Shown: in pieces, positions 26,808-35,946 of the stretch
Numbering within the stretch: the first letter of the stretch is position 1
How the letters are laid out: every line of letters starts with the position of its first letter
Assembly (NCBI GenBank): GCA_001787205.1
Contig: MFWB01000011.1
Coordinates: 1-47,668 of the forward strand
Reading direction: 5' to 3'
Origin: Candidatus Nomurabacteria bacterium RIFOXYB1_FULL_39_16
GTDB taxonomy: Bacteria; Patescibacteriota; Minisyncoccia; Phycocordibacterales; UBA9973
DNA length: 47,668 bases
Notes under the pieces: generated by a model
The model's input: the letters and a program-made list of their open reading frames with translations, nothing else
Told to the model about the DNA's origin: nothing
Databases searched by the model: none
Position numbers and translations under genes: made by a program

Positions 26808-28295
26808 TCAATCTTTTCTTAAAAACAAAGGTTTCTCGGGTTTTTTGTTGGCTTTAATTAACTCTTGGATTGTTTGAGAAGTTTCAGGCAATATTAGTTC
26901 TAACATCTTTACTATTTTATACAAACGAATAACCATATCGGAAATTAATTCTTTCCCTTTTTTCTCATCTATTTTTACAACTTTAAACGGTTCTGTTTCT
27001 TGGATAGATTTATCCAGTTCGCCAATTTTATCCCAGACAAAGTCCGTCGCTTGTTTGATGTCAAATTTTTCAAAAAAACTAAAATATTCTGTGAAATCTG
27101 TCTCCTCTCCAATCTCTGGACACTTTTCTAAATATTTTTCTGATAATGTAAGTATTCGTGAAGTTAAATTCCCCAACCCATTTGCCAATCCAGAATTATA
27201 AGCATCTTTAAAGCGTTCCATTGTGAAGGGACTATCTTCAAAGGAAGAAACTTCTCGCAAAAGGAAATAGCGGAGCGCGTCGGTGCCGTATTCCGCGACC
27301 AATCCCGTCGGATCTGCGACATTGCCCAAAGTTTTAGACATTTTTACTCCTCCATCCGCTGTAATAAATCCATTCACTACTATTTGATGTGTATTTTTTA
27401 CACCGGCAGCCATCAGCATCGCTTGCCACATTGCAGATTGAAAACGAGTATTATCTTTCCCACAATATTGCGTCGGGTTTCCATTCACCCAATATTTTTC
27501 AAACAAATCCTCCCCTCCTGCCTGAGGAGGGGTGCCCTTTAGGGCGGGGTGGTGGGAGTCTGGCCAACCTAGGGTAGAAATATAATTCGTAAGTGCATCA
27601 AACCACACATACATCACGTGCTCTTCATCCCCCGGCACCGGTATGCCCCAAGACATCTTTGATTTCAAGCGTGAAATAGAGAAATCTTGTAGCCCGCGAG
27701 AGACAAAAGCCTTCATTTCATTAAAGCGAAAATCGGGCACGACAAAATTCGGATTTTCTTCGTAAAATTTCAAAAGTTTTTCACCAAATTCACTATACTT
27801 GAAAAAGTAATTTTCTTCTTCAATAATTTCAAGCGGACGGCCAGGGTGCACGGGGCATTCATCATTTACGAGTTCGGAATCACTCTTCGTTTCTTCGCAA
27901 CCGACACAATATTTCGCTTCATAATTTTTCTTATAGATATATCCATTGTCATTCACCCTCTTCCAGAATTCTTGCGCGGACTTTATGTGATGTTTATCTG
28001 TCGTGCGGACAAAATGCAAAATTTCTTCATCCATCCCGAAAATTTTCACTGATTCTTTGAATTTTAAAAAGTTCTCGTCTACGAATTCTTGTGGCTGTTT
28101 GCCCTGTGAGAGAGCTTTCTCGTAAATCTTCATTCCGTGCTCGTCCGTGCCAGTGTTAAAAAAAACATCAAAACCTTGCAGTTTTTTGTATCTGGCGATG
28201 ACATCCGTCCGCACAAATTCCAGCGCATGCCCCATATGGAGGTCCGCGTTTACGTACGGAAGAGTCGTTGTAATGTAGAAACTAGTTTTTTTCAT
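26808..28295 (-). CDS. metG: Methionine--tRNA ligase (short form)
   Basis: FYITTTLPYVNADLHMGH; GTDEHG; YCVGCE; YVWFDALTNY; KMSKT. Confidence 0.97.
   Translation of the reverse strand: MKKTSFYITTTLPYVNADLHMGHALEFVRTDVIARYKKLQGFDVFFNTGTDEHGMKIYEKALSQGKQPQEFVDENFLKFKESVKIFGMDEEILHFVRTTDKHHIKSAQEFWKRVNDNGYIYKKNYEAKYCVGCEETKSDSELVNDECPVHPGRPLEIIEEENYFFKYSEFGEKLLKFYEENPNFVVPDFRFNEMKAFVSRGLQDFSISRLKSKMSWGIPVPGDEEHVMYVWFDALTNYISTLGWPDSHHPALKGTPPQAGGEDLFEKYWVNGNPTQYCGKDNTRFQSAMWQAMLMAAGVKNTHQIVVNGFITADGGVKMSKTLGNVADPTGLVAEYGTDALRYFLLREVSSFEDSPFTMERFKDAYNSGLANGLGNLTSRILTLSEKYLEKCPEIGEETDFTEYFSFFEKFDIKQATDFVWDKIGELDKSIQETEPFKVVKIDEKKGKELISDMVIRLYKIVKMLELILPETSQTIQELIKANKKPEKPLFLRKD
27509..27556. repeat. 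BoxC-like element in frame in metG
   Basis: Minus strand CCCACCACCCCGCCCTAAAGGGCACCCCTCCTCAGGCAGGAGGGGAGG = HHPALKGTPPQAGGE; compare ftsK NHPALKSTPPQQGGE. Confidence 0.88.
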
Positions 28296-29361
28296 CGCTT
28301 GTTTTTAATAGAGTCTTGTCTTTCTCAATATCATTCAAAAATTCCATCAAAATCACAGACATCGGGATAGAGAGAATGGCTCCCCAAACTCCGCCCAATT
28401 CAAAGCCTATCACCACCGCCAAGATAATGACAATAGGCGAAAGACCCACTATCTTCTTGATAATAAGTGGAGCAAAAAGGAAAACTTCAAATTGGTGAAC
28501 AATGATATAGGCTCCGGTAACCATTACGGCGCTTCCCAGTCCGTCGGAAATGTACGAGAAGAAAAAAGTCGGAACCAAAGCGACTAAAATACCGTAAGGC
28601 ACCATCTCCATTATTCCCGCGATGATGGCAAGCAAGAGCGCGTACTGTATTCCGACAAGCGAGAGTATTAGATAGATCAAAATACCCACCACAACACCGA
28701 GAAGCATCTGCCCCTTTACCCAGAGGCCTATCTTGCGGCTTGAGCGCGCCCACAGGTCAACCACGTAATTTTCATAGGAAATAGGAATAATGATACGAAG
28801 GAAATTCTCTATCCCCTTTTCTTGGATTGAAAGATAAAAAGAAAGAACGATAATCAGGAAAAAGTTGAAGATGCTTCCGAAAGCCACAGAGATGGTGGTA
28901 AAGAATCCTCCAGACAAATTCAAAATGAAAGTCTTGGACACAGACAGAAGCGACGAGACAGAAAAGTCTCCTCCCAGACTGCTCACCACATCTTTCGCCC
29001 CGGAAAACGCTTCGTTTTTGAAAAAATTCAATATGGAAACATCGGGAGCATAAGAGGCTAAGAAAGTGGAGAAGTTATAAATTTCTGTTATTAAAAGCGG
29101 AGCAAAGAGATAAAACATTCCCGACAAAATGGACAACGACACGGCATACGTTATTACAATACCCAAGATTCTGCCAATTCCTATCTTTTGGAAATGGGGC
29201 ACGGATGATTCCATAAAAGAAGCAATCACGATAGCGGTCAAAACCACTAAAACCAAATCTCGCAAGAACCAAAACAGGAACACAGAGATAAGAATCAGAA
29301 CAGCTCGGACTATGCTGCCGGTAGACACTGAAACAGAAGTAATATTTCCTTTCTCAGACAT
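28282..29361 (-). CDS. AI-2E family (PerM-like) transporter
   Basis: Polytopic; WVKGQMLLG; PLIIKKIVGLSPIVIILAVVIGFELGGVWGAILSIP; start MSEKG. Confidence 0.9.
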   Translation of the reverse strand: MSEKGNITSVSVSTGSIVRAVLILISVFLFWFLRDLVLVVLTAIVIASFMESSVPHFQKIGIGRILGIVITYAVSLSILSGMFYLFAPLLITEIYNFSTFLASYAPDVSILNFFKNEAFSGAKDVVSSLGGDFSVSSLLSVSKTFILNLSGGFFTTISVAFGSIFNFFLIIVLSFYLSIQEKGIENFLRIIIPISYENYVVDLWARSSRKIGLWVKGQMLLGVVVGILIYLILSLVGIQYALLLAIIAGIMEMVPYGILVALVPTFFFSYISDGLGSAVMVTGAYIIVHQFEVFLFAPLIIKKIVGLSPIVIILAVVIGFELGGVWGAILSIPMSVILMEFLNDIEKDKTLLKTSDEKN

Positions 29362-29382
29362 AAAAATATAATAGCACAAAAA

Positions 29383-30651
29383 CTAGAATTTAAGAATCTT
29401 CAAGAATGGAACCTTTTCCTTAAACGGCCCAATGAGCGCCAAATTCAGCTTTTTGTTTTGAAAGATTTCTCCGGCCAGATTTTGAATTTGTGCTGCTGTA
29501 ACCTTACGTATTTCTAGAGCTTTTTCTTCCATATTGCGGGATTTCCGCTTCAGAAGCTCTTGTCCACCGTAGAAATTGGCGATGTCATCGCTTGATTCCA
29601 GGGAAAGCTTCATATTGCCTATTAGGCATTCTTTCACTTTATTTAATTCCTCTTCCCCCACCTTTTCATTTTTTAATTTTTTACATTCTTCCAAGACTGC
29701 CGAGAGAACTTCATTTATTCTTTTATTGTCCACCCCGGCGGAAATCTGGAAAAATCCGTGGTCGGTATAAGTGTCGTTGTAAGCCCGCACATAATACCCG
29801 ACGCCCATTTCTTCTCTGAGCTTTTGGAAAAGTCTAGAACTCATTCCTCCGCCCAAGACTCCCCCCAGGACCGAGAGCACGGCATTGTTTTTACTAAACA
29901 GGTCATAAGTGCGCACACCCAAGACGAAATGTGTCTGGTCCGTCTGCTTGAAACTTATCAACGCTTCAGGCTTGCTTTGAGCTTCTTTCACTTTTACTTT
30001 GCTCATTTTCTTGCCTCGTTTCACAGAACCGAAAATTTTATTCGCCTCACGCAATACTTCTTTTTCTGTCACCGCTCCTGCTACTATGAGCACAGTGGCT
30101 TCAGGTAAATAATGAGCTTTTTTGTAATTAACAAAATCGTCGCGTTTCATATTCAAAATATTTTTCTTGGAACCGGCTATGTTCCATCCAGCCGGGGCGT
30201 CTCCATAGAGCAACTCCATCATCAAATCCTGCACGTGCCTGTTCGGCAAATCTTCGTACATATTTATTTCTTCTATAATCACACCCTTTTCCTTTTGCAT
30301 TTCAGCCTCCGGAAAAGTGGAATTCAAATAAATATCTGACACCACATCAAAAATTTTACTGAAGTGTTTTGCATCAGATTTTGCATAGTATCCTGTATAT
30401 TCTTGTCCGGTAAAAGCGTTGTACTGACTGCCCAATGCATCTAACTCTTTTGAAATATCAATAGCCTTAGGCCTCTTCACCGTGCCCTTGAAGCACATAT
30501 GCTCCAAAAAGTGAGAAATTCCGTTATTTCTTTTCTCTTCATATTTGGACCCGGCTTCTACCAAGACAAGCACTGTTGCCGTAGGATTCTCCTTCATCGG
30601 AATAGTAACAACCCGCAGTCCATTTTTTAAAACTTTTTTTGAGAATTTCAT
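29383..30651 (-). CDS. M16 family Zn-dependent peptidase
   Basis: HFLEH (HxxEH); NAFTGQEYT; GGGMSSRLFQKLREEMG; start MKFSKK. Confidence 0.95.
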   Translation of the reverse strand: MKFSKKVLKNGLRVVTIPMKENPTATVLVLVEAGSKYEEKRNNGISHFLEHMCFKGTVKRPKAIDISKELDALGSQYNAFTGQEYTGYYAKSDAKHFSKIFDVVSDIYLNSTFPEAEMQKEKGVIIEEINMYEDLPNRHVQDLMMELLYGDAPAGWNIAGSKKNILNMKRDDFVNYKKAHYLPEATVLIVAGAVTEKEVLREANKIFGSVKRGKKMSKVKVKEAQSKPEALISFKQTDQTHFVLGVRTYDLFSKNNAVLSVLGGVLGGGMSSRLFQKLREEMGVGYYVRAYNDTYTDHGFFQISAGVDNKRINEVLSAVLEECKKLKNEKVGEEELNKVKECLIGNMKLSLESSDDIANFYGGQELLKRKSRNMEEKALEIRKVTAAQIQNLAGEIFQNKKLNLALIGPFKEKVPFLKILKF

Positions 30652-30672
30652 ATGAATCATATTACCACAGAT

Positions 30673-31107
30673 AGCACCCCACCCCAACCCTCCCCTTGGC
30701 TAATGGGAGGGCGAACTCAACCTACTAACAATTTCTTGTAAAACTCCACTTATGTTATTAGTTATCTCACTATTCCAAAAGCGAACTGTCTTTATATCTA
30801 AGGTCAAGAGATAATTATCTCTTTCTTGATCGTATTCTTTGTTATCAAGATGCTGTGCTCCATCCAATTCAATTGCTAGTTTTTTATCAGGACAATAAAA
30901 ATCCAAAATATAGGGTCCTATAGAATGTTGGCGTTTGAATTTAAAACCCAATTGAGCGCCACGCAAATATGCCCACAAAATAACTTCTTGCTGAGTTTGA
31001 TTTTTTCGTAACTCAACTCTCCGAGGTTTTAAAACTGGATGATTGTGGAGTATGGGCATTTGCATTTTCCTCCCCCTTCGCCAAGGGGGAGGCTAGGAGG
31101 GGGTGCT
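30673..31107. mobile_element. DUF559 cassette 2: inverted BoxC-like ends enclosing a single DUF559 gene
   Basis: Left AGCACCCCACCCCAACCCTCCCCTTGGCTAATGGGAGGG; right CCTCCCCCTTCGCCAAGGGGGAGGCTAGGAGGGGGTGCT; both outer ends read AGCACCCC. Confidence 0.7.
30700..31065 (-). CDS. DUF559 (Vsr-like) endonuclease domain protein
   Basis: LRKNQTQQEVILWAYLR...FKRQHSIGPYILDFYCPDKKLAIELDGAQH...RFWNSEI. Confidence 0.92.
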   Translation of the reverse strand: MQMPILHNHPVLKPRRVELRKNQTQQEVILWAYLRGAQLGFKFKRQHSIGPYILDFYCPDKKLAIELDGAQHLDNKEYDQERDNYLLTLDIKTVRFWNSEITNNISGVLQEIVSRLSSPSH

Positions 31108-31115
31108 GGTGGTGA

Positions 31116-32453
31116 CTAATTTATCTTGTTTTTTATATATTTAACAAGCTCAGCTACCTTTATTCTCTCCTGTTCCCCTGTATCGCGATCACGCACAGTC
31201 ACCGCATCATCCGAGAGCGTATCAAAGTCCACCACGATGCAAAATGGTGTGCCTATTTCATCTTGGCGACGATAACGCTTGCCAATGTTGCCATTGTCGT
31301 CCCAAGCCACCCAGCCAAATTCTTTTTTTAATTCTGTAAATACGTTTTTTGCGTAAGAAACAAGCTCTGGTTTATTTTTTAATAACGGAGAAACAGCTGC
31401 CTTATACGGAGCGACTGATGGGGGTAATTTTAGATAAACCCTTGTACTGTCTCCCTCCCCATCTTCTCTATAAGCAGAACAAAGGAGCGCTAGAATAGCT
31501 CTATCTATACTAACAGTCGGTTCTATAACATGTGGAACAAATTTCTCTCCCGTTGTTTCATCCAGTACCTCCATTTTTTCACCGGAAAATTCTTGATGTC
31601 TCTTTAAGTCATAATCTCCCCTGTGTGATAAGCCTGTCAGTTCTTTGATTCCAAACGGATATTCAAATTCTAAATCTATCGTTTTTATACTATAGTGTGC
31701 TCGTCCCTCTTTGGGGTGCTCAAATGGATGAAGTTTTTTTACATCAACACCAATTCTGGAAAGCCATTCCTTTTGTTCAAGTAAAAAGTTATCAAAGTAA
31801 GATTCCCATGGAGCATTCGGATGGATAAAATATTCAAATTCCATTATTTCAAATTCACGCAATCTGTAAGTAAAATCCCTGGGGGTTATTTCGTTTCTGA
31901 AAGCTTTTCCTATTTGCGCTATGCCAAAAGGTATTTTGGGCGACAAGGATTGTAAAACATTTTTAAAATTAACAAACATACTTTGAGCCTCTTCCGGCCT
32001 CAAGTAAGTCTTGATCGCTGTTTCTTCCGACGCGCCCATTCTAGTTTCAAGCATCAAGTTAAAATTATTTGGCACACTTAATTTTCCACCGCAGTCTGGA
32101 CAGGCTTCTTTGTTTTCTATTTGGTCCGTACGAAAGCTATGTCCGCAAGACTTACATTTTGAAACAGGATCCACGAAGTTTTCTACGTGACCTGAAGCTT
32201 CCCACACCCTTGGATGCATCAAGATGGGCGTGTCTATCAGATAAATATTTTCTCTGCTACGCACGAAATAATCTACCCAAGAATCTTCAATATTCTTTTT
32301 TAATATTGAGCCAAGCGGACCATAATCGTAAGTTCCCGCCAGTCCTCCATATATCTCCGAGCCTTGGAAAATAAATCCGCGTCTTTTGCAGAGGGAAACT
32401 ATTTTTTCCATTAACTCATTATCTTTATCTTCTTTTTTATTTTCTTTTGTCAT
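31116..32453 (-). CDS. glyQS: Glycine--tRNA ligase (homodimeric alpha2 type)
   Basis: LCKRRGFIFQGSEIYGG; GKAFRNEITPR; PHVIEP; IGKRYRRQDEIGTP. Confidence 0.96.
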   Translation of the reverse strand: MTKENKKEDKDNELMEKIVSLCKRRGFIFQGSEIYGGLAGTYDYGPLGSILKKNIEDSWVDYFVRSRENIYLIDTPILMHPRVWEASGHVENFVDPVSKCKSCGHSFRTDQIENKEACPDCGGKLSVPNNFNLMLETRMGASEETAIKTYLRPEEAQSMFVNFKNVLQSLSPKIPFGIAQIGKAFRNEITPRDFTYRLREFEIMEFEYFIHPNAPWESYFDNFLLEQKEWLSRIGVDVKKLHPFEHPKEGRAHYSIKTIDLEFEYPFGIKELTGLSHRGDYDLKRHQEFSGEKMEVLDETTGEKFVPHVIEPTVSIDRAILALLCSAYREDGEGDSTRVYLKLPPSVAPYKAAVSPLLKNKPELVSYAKNVFTELKKEFGWVAWDDNGNIGKRYRRQDEIGTPFCIVVDFDTLSDDAVTVRDRDTGEQERIKVAELVKYIKNKIN

Positions 32454-32466
32454 TTTACTTTATAAC

Positions 32467-34398
32467 TTATGGAACCACGACACCTCCGTTCTGGGGAAAC
32501 GCTTCGTCACTATCAAGCTTGGTAGAAAGTCCGGCTTTGTTTACTCTCACATCTACATTAGCAAAATCGTCATGCCCAGTCAAAATCGCGTCATTGATAA
32601 TAGTCGGGCTCGTGCCAATCTGAGAAACCGAGGGCTTGAAAGCCAACTGAAAGGCGACAGAACGAGCTACTCCATTTATCCCCGCGCCTCTAGAAACTCT
32701 GTCCGCATTCCAAACTATCTCCCTAGTGGAAGAATTGTAAGTCAGATCTTCGTCTGCCGGTGAAATCGTCCCCATAAAGGTCATCCACGGCGGAATAGTG
32801 GAATTAACGCGCACCTTGGAAATGCTGTTGGATGTATTGGATAGGCTCCAAACGACGGTGTACGTCGTCGGCTTTTCAACTTGGGGTGGGATGGAACCGG
32901 TGTTGGTAAAAGGTCCGGAATAATAGAGCGCTTTGCTGGAAAACCCGACATCGGAAATAATTCTCACGGTAGCGGAAGAAGAATTTTGGAGTTCGCTCGT
33001 AGAGAAACCTTCCACTGATTGCTTACCCGAAACATCCACCTCTATATTGATGGAGGGATTGGTGAGTATGCCTCCCGCCGCAGAAAACAATGACAACGGA
33101 GAAAAGAAAAAAGTAACCGAACCGGATTCTCCCGGATCAACTTCTCTCAATTGATTCTGTGAACTTCTGTTCCACGTTATGGTGTCTTTGGATGAATCAT
33201 AAAATCCTCCCTGCGCTATTATCGTTTTTCGATTGAAAGCATTTCCGGAAATTTTAGCCCTTACTTCCATATCATTTATTTTGGTGTCAGAATTATTTAC
33301 AAAACGTATTTCGGCGTTTATTGATGTCTTCGCATCGGTGGCATATTCTCTCTCTGAGACGCCATTGATATAAAGATTGGCTTCAATGAAGGGCTTTTTG
33401 ACTATAAGTGTATTCTTTACAGAGTTGAACACAACACCGATGATTGATTTATCCGTGGCGGATTGTGAACCGCTGGAAACAGTAAAGGTCTTCTCTTCCC
33501 CGTCAAAAACATCAACCATCTTGCCCAAGACTATAATCTCATTTTCTCCGCCTGGAGCCAGGTCTCCCAGATTCCAAACATTATTGCCGAACGAAGGCGC
33601 CGGAGTGGACTTTATAAAAGAAAATCCAACCGGGTAATCAAGCCGTACGAGTATCTTGGGAGCGGGAGTGGTGGCATTAAGCGAAGCTTTTATTTTTAAA
33701 ATGATATCTTGATTGGGGCTGATGGTGGCGGGAGCGTCAACGGTAAGATTTATCGGGGTGGAATTTATATTTACTTCATAAAGTTTCTCCTTCACGAAAA
33801 TGGCGTTAGAACCCGAAACTCTGTACTCCAGAGTTATTTTTATCGGACGAACACTGCCCTGTTCGCCGAAGAGCGTCAGTTTTAGATTTTCATTACGCAC
33901 CGCTCCGGCTGGAATCGTGCCCAAGGATTCCCGGAAGCGTTCCGTGTCTAAAGACAAATCCGAGGCTGAACCCTTCGGATATTCCACCACGAGGTCAACC
34001 AGGTCTAAAGGAGAACTGTTTTTGTTGGTAATGCCAATGATAAGCGGAAGCTCTTCTCCGCCGGCGGTGAAATTGTTGCCGATGATGGATATCTCTATAT
34101 TGTCGTTGGAGACAGTGTTGCTCCCGGCGAAGAAAACATATGCCGCATATCCCAGAGTCAAAACAAAGAAGCTGATAGAGAAAATAAAAAATTTCTTGAA
34201 CAAAGAAGTCTTCATAAAGAACTTCTCCGTGGCGTCGGGCCCGGTCTTTTCTTTGGTCTTCCAAGAATCCAGTACCTCTTTCCTATTCAAATGAGAAAAG
34301 CTGTCGCGGTGTTCTATTTTGGTTTGGTAGCTTTTACTGAAGAGCTTACCCTTCAATTCTTCAAGCCTATTGAGCTTATTTCTATCATTCGTGGACAT
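32467..34398 (-). CDS. Membrane-anchored protein with tandem Ig-like (DUF11-like) domains
   Basis: One TM helix near residues 70-90 followed by beta-rich repeats (WNLGDLAPG; TTYTVVWSLSN). Confidence 0.75.
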   Translation of the reverse strand: MSTNDRNKLNRLEELKGKLFSKSYQTKIEHRDSFSHLNRKEVLDSWKTKEKTGPDATEKFFMKTSLFKKFFIFSISFFVLTLGYAAYVFFAGSNTVSNDNIEISIIGNNFTAGGEELPLIIGITNKNSSPLDLVDLVVEYPKGSASDLSLDTERFRESLGTIPAGAVRNENLKLTLFGEQGSVRPIKITLEYRVSGSNAIFVKEKLYEVNINSTPINLTVDAPATISPNQDIILKIKASLNATTPAPKILVRLDYPVGFSFIKSTPAPSFGNNVWNLGDLAPGGENEIIVLGKMVDVFDGEEKTFTVSSGSQSATDKSIIGVVFNSVKNTLIVKKPFIEANLYINGVSEREYATDAKTSINAEIRFVNNSDTKINDMEVRAKISGNAFNRKTIIAQGGFYDSSKDTITWNRSSQNQLREVDPGESGSVTFFFSPLSLFSAAGGILTNPSINIEVDVSGKQSVEGFSTSELQNSSSATVRIISDVGFSSKALYYSGPFTNTGSIPPQVEKPTTYTVVWSLSNTSNSISKVRVNSTIPPWMTFMGTISPADEDLTYNSSTREIVWNADRVSRGAGINGVARSVAFQLAFKPSVSQIGTSPTIINDAILTGHDDFANVDVRVNKAGLSTKLDSDEAFPQNGGVVVP

Positions 34399-34413
34399 AT
34401 AGAGAATTGTAAC

Positions 34414-34451
34414 ACCCCGAACGAAATTTGGAAAATTTCTGACGGGGCAGG
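34414..34451. repeat. Intergenic palindromic element with a CCTGCC end
   Basis: ACCCCGAACGAAATTTGGAAAATTTCTGACGGGGCAGG. Confidence 0.6.
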
Positions 34452-34455
34452 TATT

Positions 34456-35034
34456 TTATAAATGTGTCTCCTTGAGGGCCTTGTTGATTTGGTTCAATAC
34501 TTGGGACTTTGACTTGGAAACTTCAAATATCAGATTTTCTTCAAACGGAGACTTGATGAGGTTCTGCAACACTGCATTGTCGCCTATGTACCCCAAGTTG
34601 TTGAGAATTCGTAAAACTAGGATAATTTCTATATTCTGCAGTTCTTCTTTCCCTGATTTTTCCAAAACAGAAAAACCGTTTATCAAATCGGAAAACAAGG
34701 CTTGGTTCGGCTCAACTCCCGCCAATAATCTTTTTAATAATTTTGCAATATTAGAAACAACTTCAAAAGTTCCGGAATTCTTGGAAAGTTGTTCAAGCTT
34801 GTTGGTTTTAGAAGCGCTGGTTATCCTCCAAAAATCTTTCCCCTGTACTAAATCAATTTTCACATAAGCGAAATCTTGCAAAATGAAACGCAATTTGGAA
34901 GACATTTTGCGCACACCCTGCGCGGATGCATAAATCATCCCCAAGTCACGGGTAAAAATGGGGTAATACCTTCCCGCTTCTCCGTAATTTTTATTTCCCA
35001 ATATTATCCCCTCTGTGTGATAAATGTGATGCAT
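34456..35034 (-). CDS. recO: DNA repair protein RecO (short form)
   Basis: HTEGIILGNKNYGEAGR...FTRDLGMIYASAQGVRKMSSKLR; C-terminal LRILNNLGY. Confidence 0.88.
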   Translation of the reverse strand: MHHIYHTEGIILGNKNYGEAGRYYPIFTRDLGMIYASAQGVRKMSSKLRFILQDFAYVKIDLVQGKDFWRITSASKTNKLEQLSKNSGTFEVVSNIAKLLKRLLAGVEPNQALFSDLINGFSVLEKSGKEELQNIEIILVLRILNNLGYIGDNAVLQNLIKSPFEENLIFEVSKSKSQVLNQINKALKETHL

Positions 35035-35675
35035 TAGAATTCTTCTTCTTTGCCCAATTCTGGTTTTTTAAATATTATTCCTGATTCTTGTAGAATTGTT
35101 TCTGGAGTAAACCAAACAGATTTCGCAAAATCTTGTGCAATCGCATCGTGGACCGGAAAACAAATACGTGGATTTATATTTTTCGCATAATCTATGGCTT
35201 CCCTTGTTTTCATCCATGGCCCAATAATGGGAAGCGCTAGTACGTCTACACTGCTGTCGGGATAATTAAACGAATCACCTGGATAACACAAGGCATCAAT
35301 GGTATATCCTGTGTTTTGAACAAGCTTAAAATCTTTATAGATTTCAGCATGAGTATTCCCGAATCCTGTGATATCCACTCCGTTTAAATTATATTTTTGA
35401 CCTTCTTCTATTTTTATATATTTAATTCCAGCCTCATCAAGTAATTTACCAACAGAAGTATTGGTAATAACAATACAGTCTGGGTTGTTTTCTAAAACTT
35501 TTTTTAATGAATCAATATGTAAATGATCATAATGTTCGTGAGTTATTAAAACAGCAGAAATGCTTGTTTCTTCGTTTTGCGTTATAGAAAAGGTACCCGG
35601 GTCGGTCATGATTCTAACCCCCTCCTTGGGTTCAGTAATAAAACAACAATGTCCTAGTTTTTTGATTTTCATCAT
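35034..35675 (-). CDS. MBL-fold metallo-hydrolase (UlaG-like)
   Basis: LGHCCF; TDPG; THEHYDH; PGDS; PVHD. Confidence 0.9.
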   Translation of the reverse strand: MMKIKKLGHCCFITEPKEGVRIMTDPGTFSITQNEETSISAVLITHEHYDHLHIDSLKKVLENNPDCIVITNTSVGKLLDEAGIKYIKIEEGQKYNLNGVDITGFGNTHAEIYKDFKLVQNTGYTIDALCYPGDSFNYPDSSVDVLALPIIGPWMKTREAIDYAKNINPRICFPVHDAIAQDFAKSVWFTPETILQESGIIFKKPELGKEEEF

Positions 35676-35700
35676 TTTATTTTATCACAAAATAAGAAAT

Positions 35701-35724
35701 GCCGGCGACTCTCGAGTCGCCGGC
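35701..35724 (-). terminator. GC-rich hairpin after the small ORF
   Basis: GCCGGCGACT-CTCG-AGTCGCCGGC, followed on the minus strand by ATTTCTTATTTT. Confidence 0.65.
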
Positions 35725-35742
35725 TGAACTTTCTTGGATAGA

Positions 35743-35946
35743 TTAGGGCGCCAATGGCACCCTGTGGCTGAGTGGACAGAAGTCAAAGGTTTTGATCCTC
35801 GACTTCGTCAACCTGACCGTCTTGATGGTGTGCTTCCGCTCCCTTCGCTCAGGGGTCCCATCAGAACGAAATCCCCAGTGGTGAAGGAAACGATTCGCCG
35901 CCCTGACAAGTACCTGTTCGGGGGTTAGATCTCGAGAACTCTTCAC
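35743..35946 (-). CDS. Small basic hypothetical protein (67 aa)
   Basis: GTG start preceded by AGGAGGT Shine-Dalgarno and TGATAAAGT; followed by a terminator hairpin. Confidence 0.6.
   Translation of the reverse strand: MKSSRDLTPEQVLVRAANRFLHHWGFRSDGTPERRERKHTIKTVRLTKSRIKTFDFCPLSHRVPLAP

Larger units (their letters stand above)
25993..26808. mobile_element. DUF559 cassette 1: inverted BoxC-like ends enclosing DUF559 and VOC genes
   Basis: Left end AGAACCTCACCCTGCCCTCTCCTTATTAAGGAGAGGG; right end (reverse complement) AGAACCTCACCCCCAACCCCTCTCCTTATTAAGGAGAGGG; AT-rich interior; lies between metG and tatD. Confidence 0.7.

Noticed and set aside
26758-26811. N-terminal extension MRTSPPTPLLIKERG of the VOC protein
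   Set aside because: This is translated repeat sequence and the VOC fold starts at MTTIK, although coupling to the metG stop cannot be excluded.
25986-26812. TCAAT as a target-site duplication of DUF559 cassette 1
   Set aside because: It is not symmetrically placed at the two ends and is short and AT-rich, so chance cannot be excluded without an empty site.
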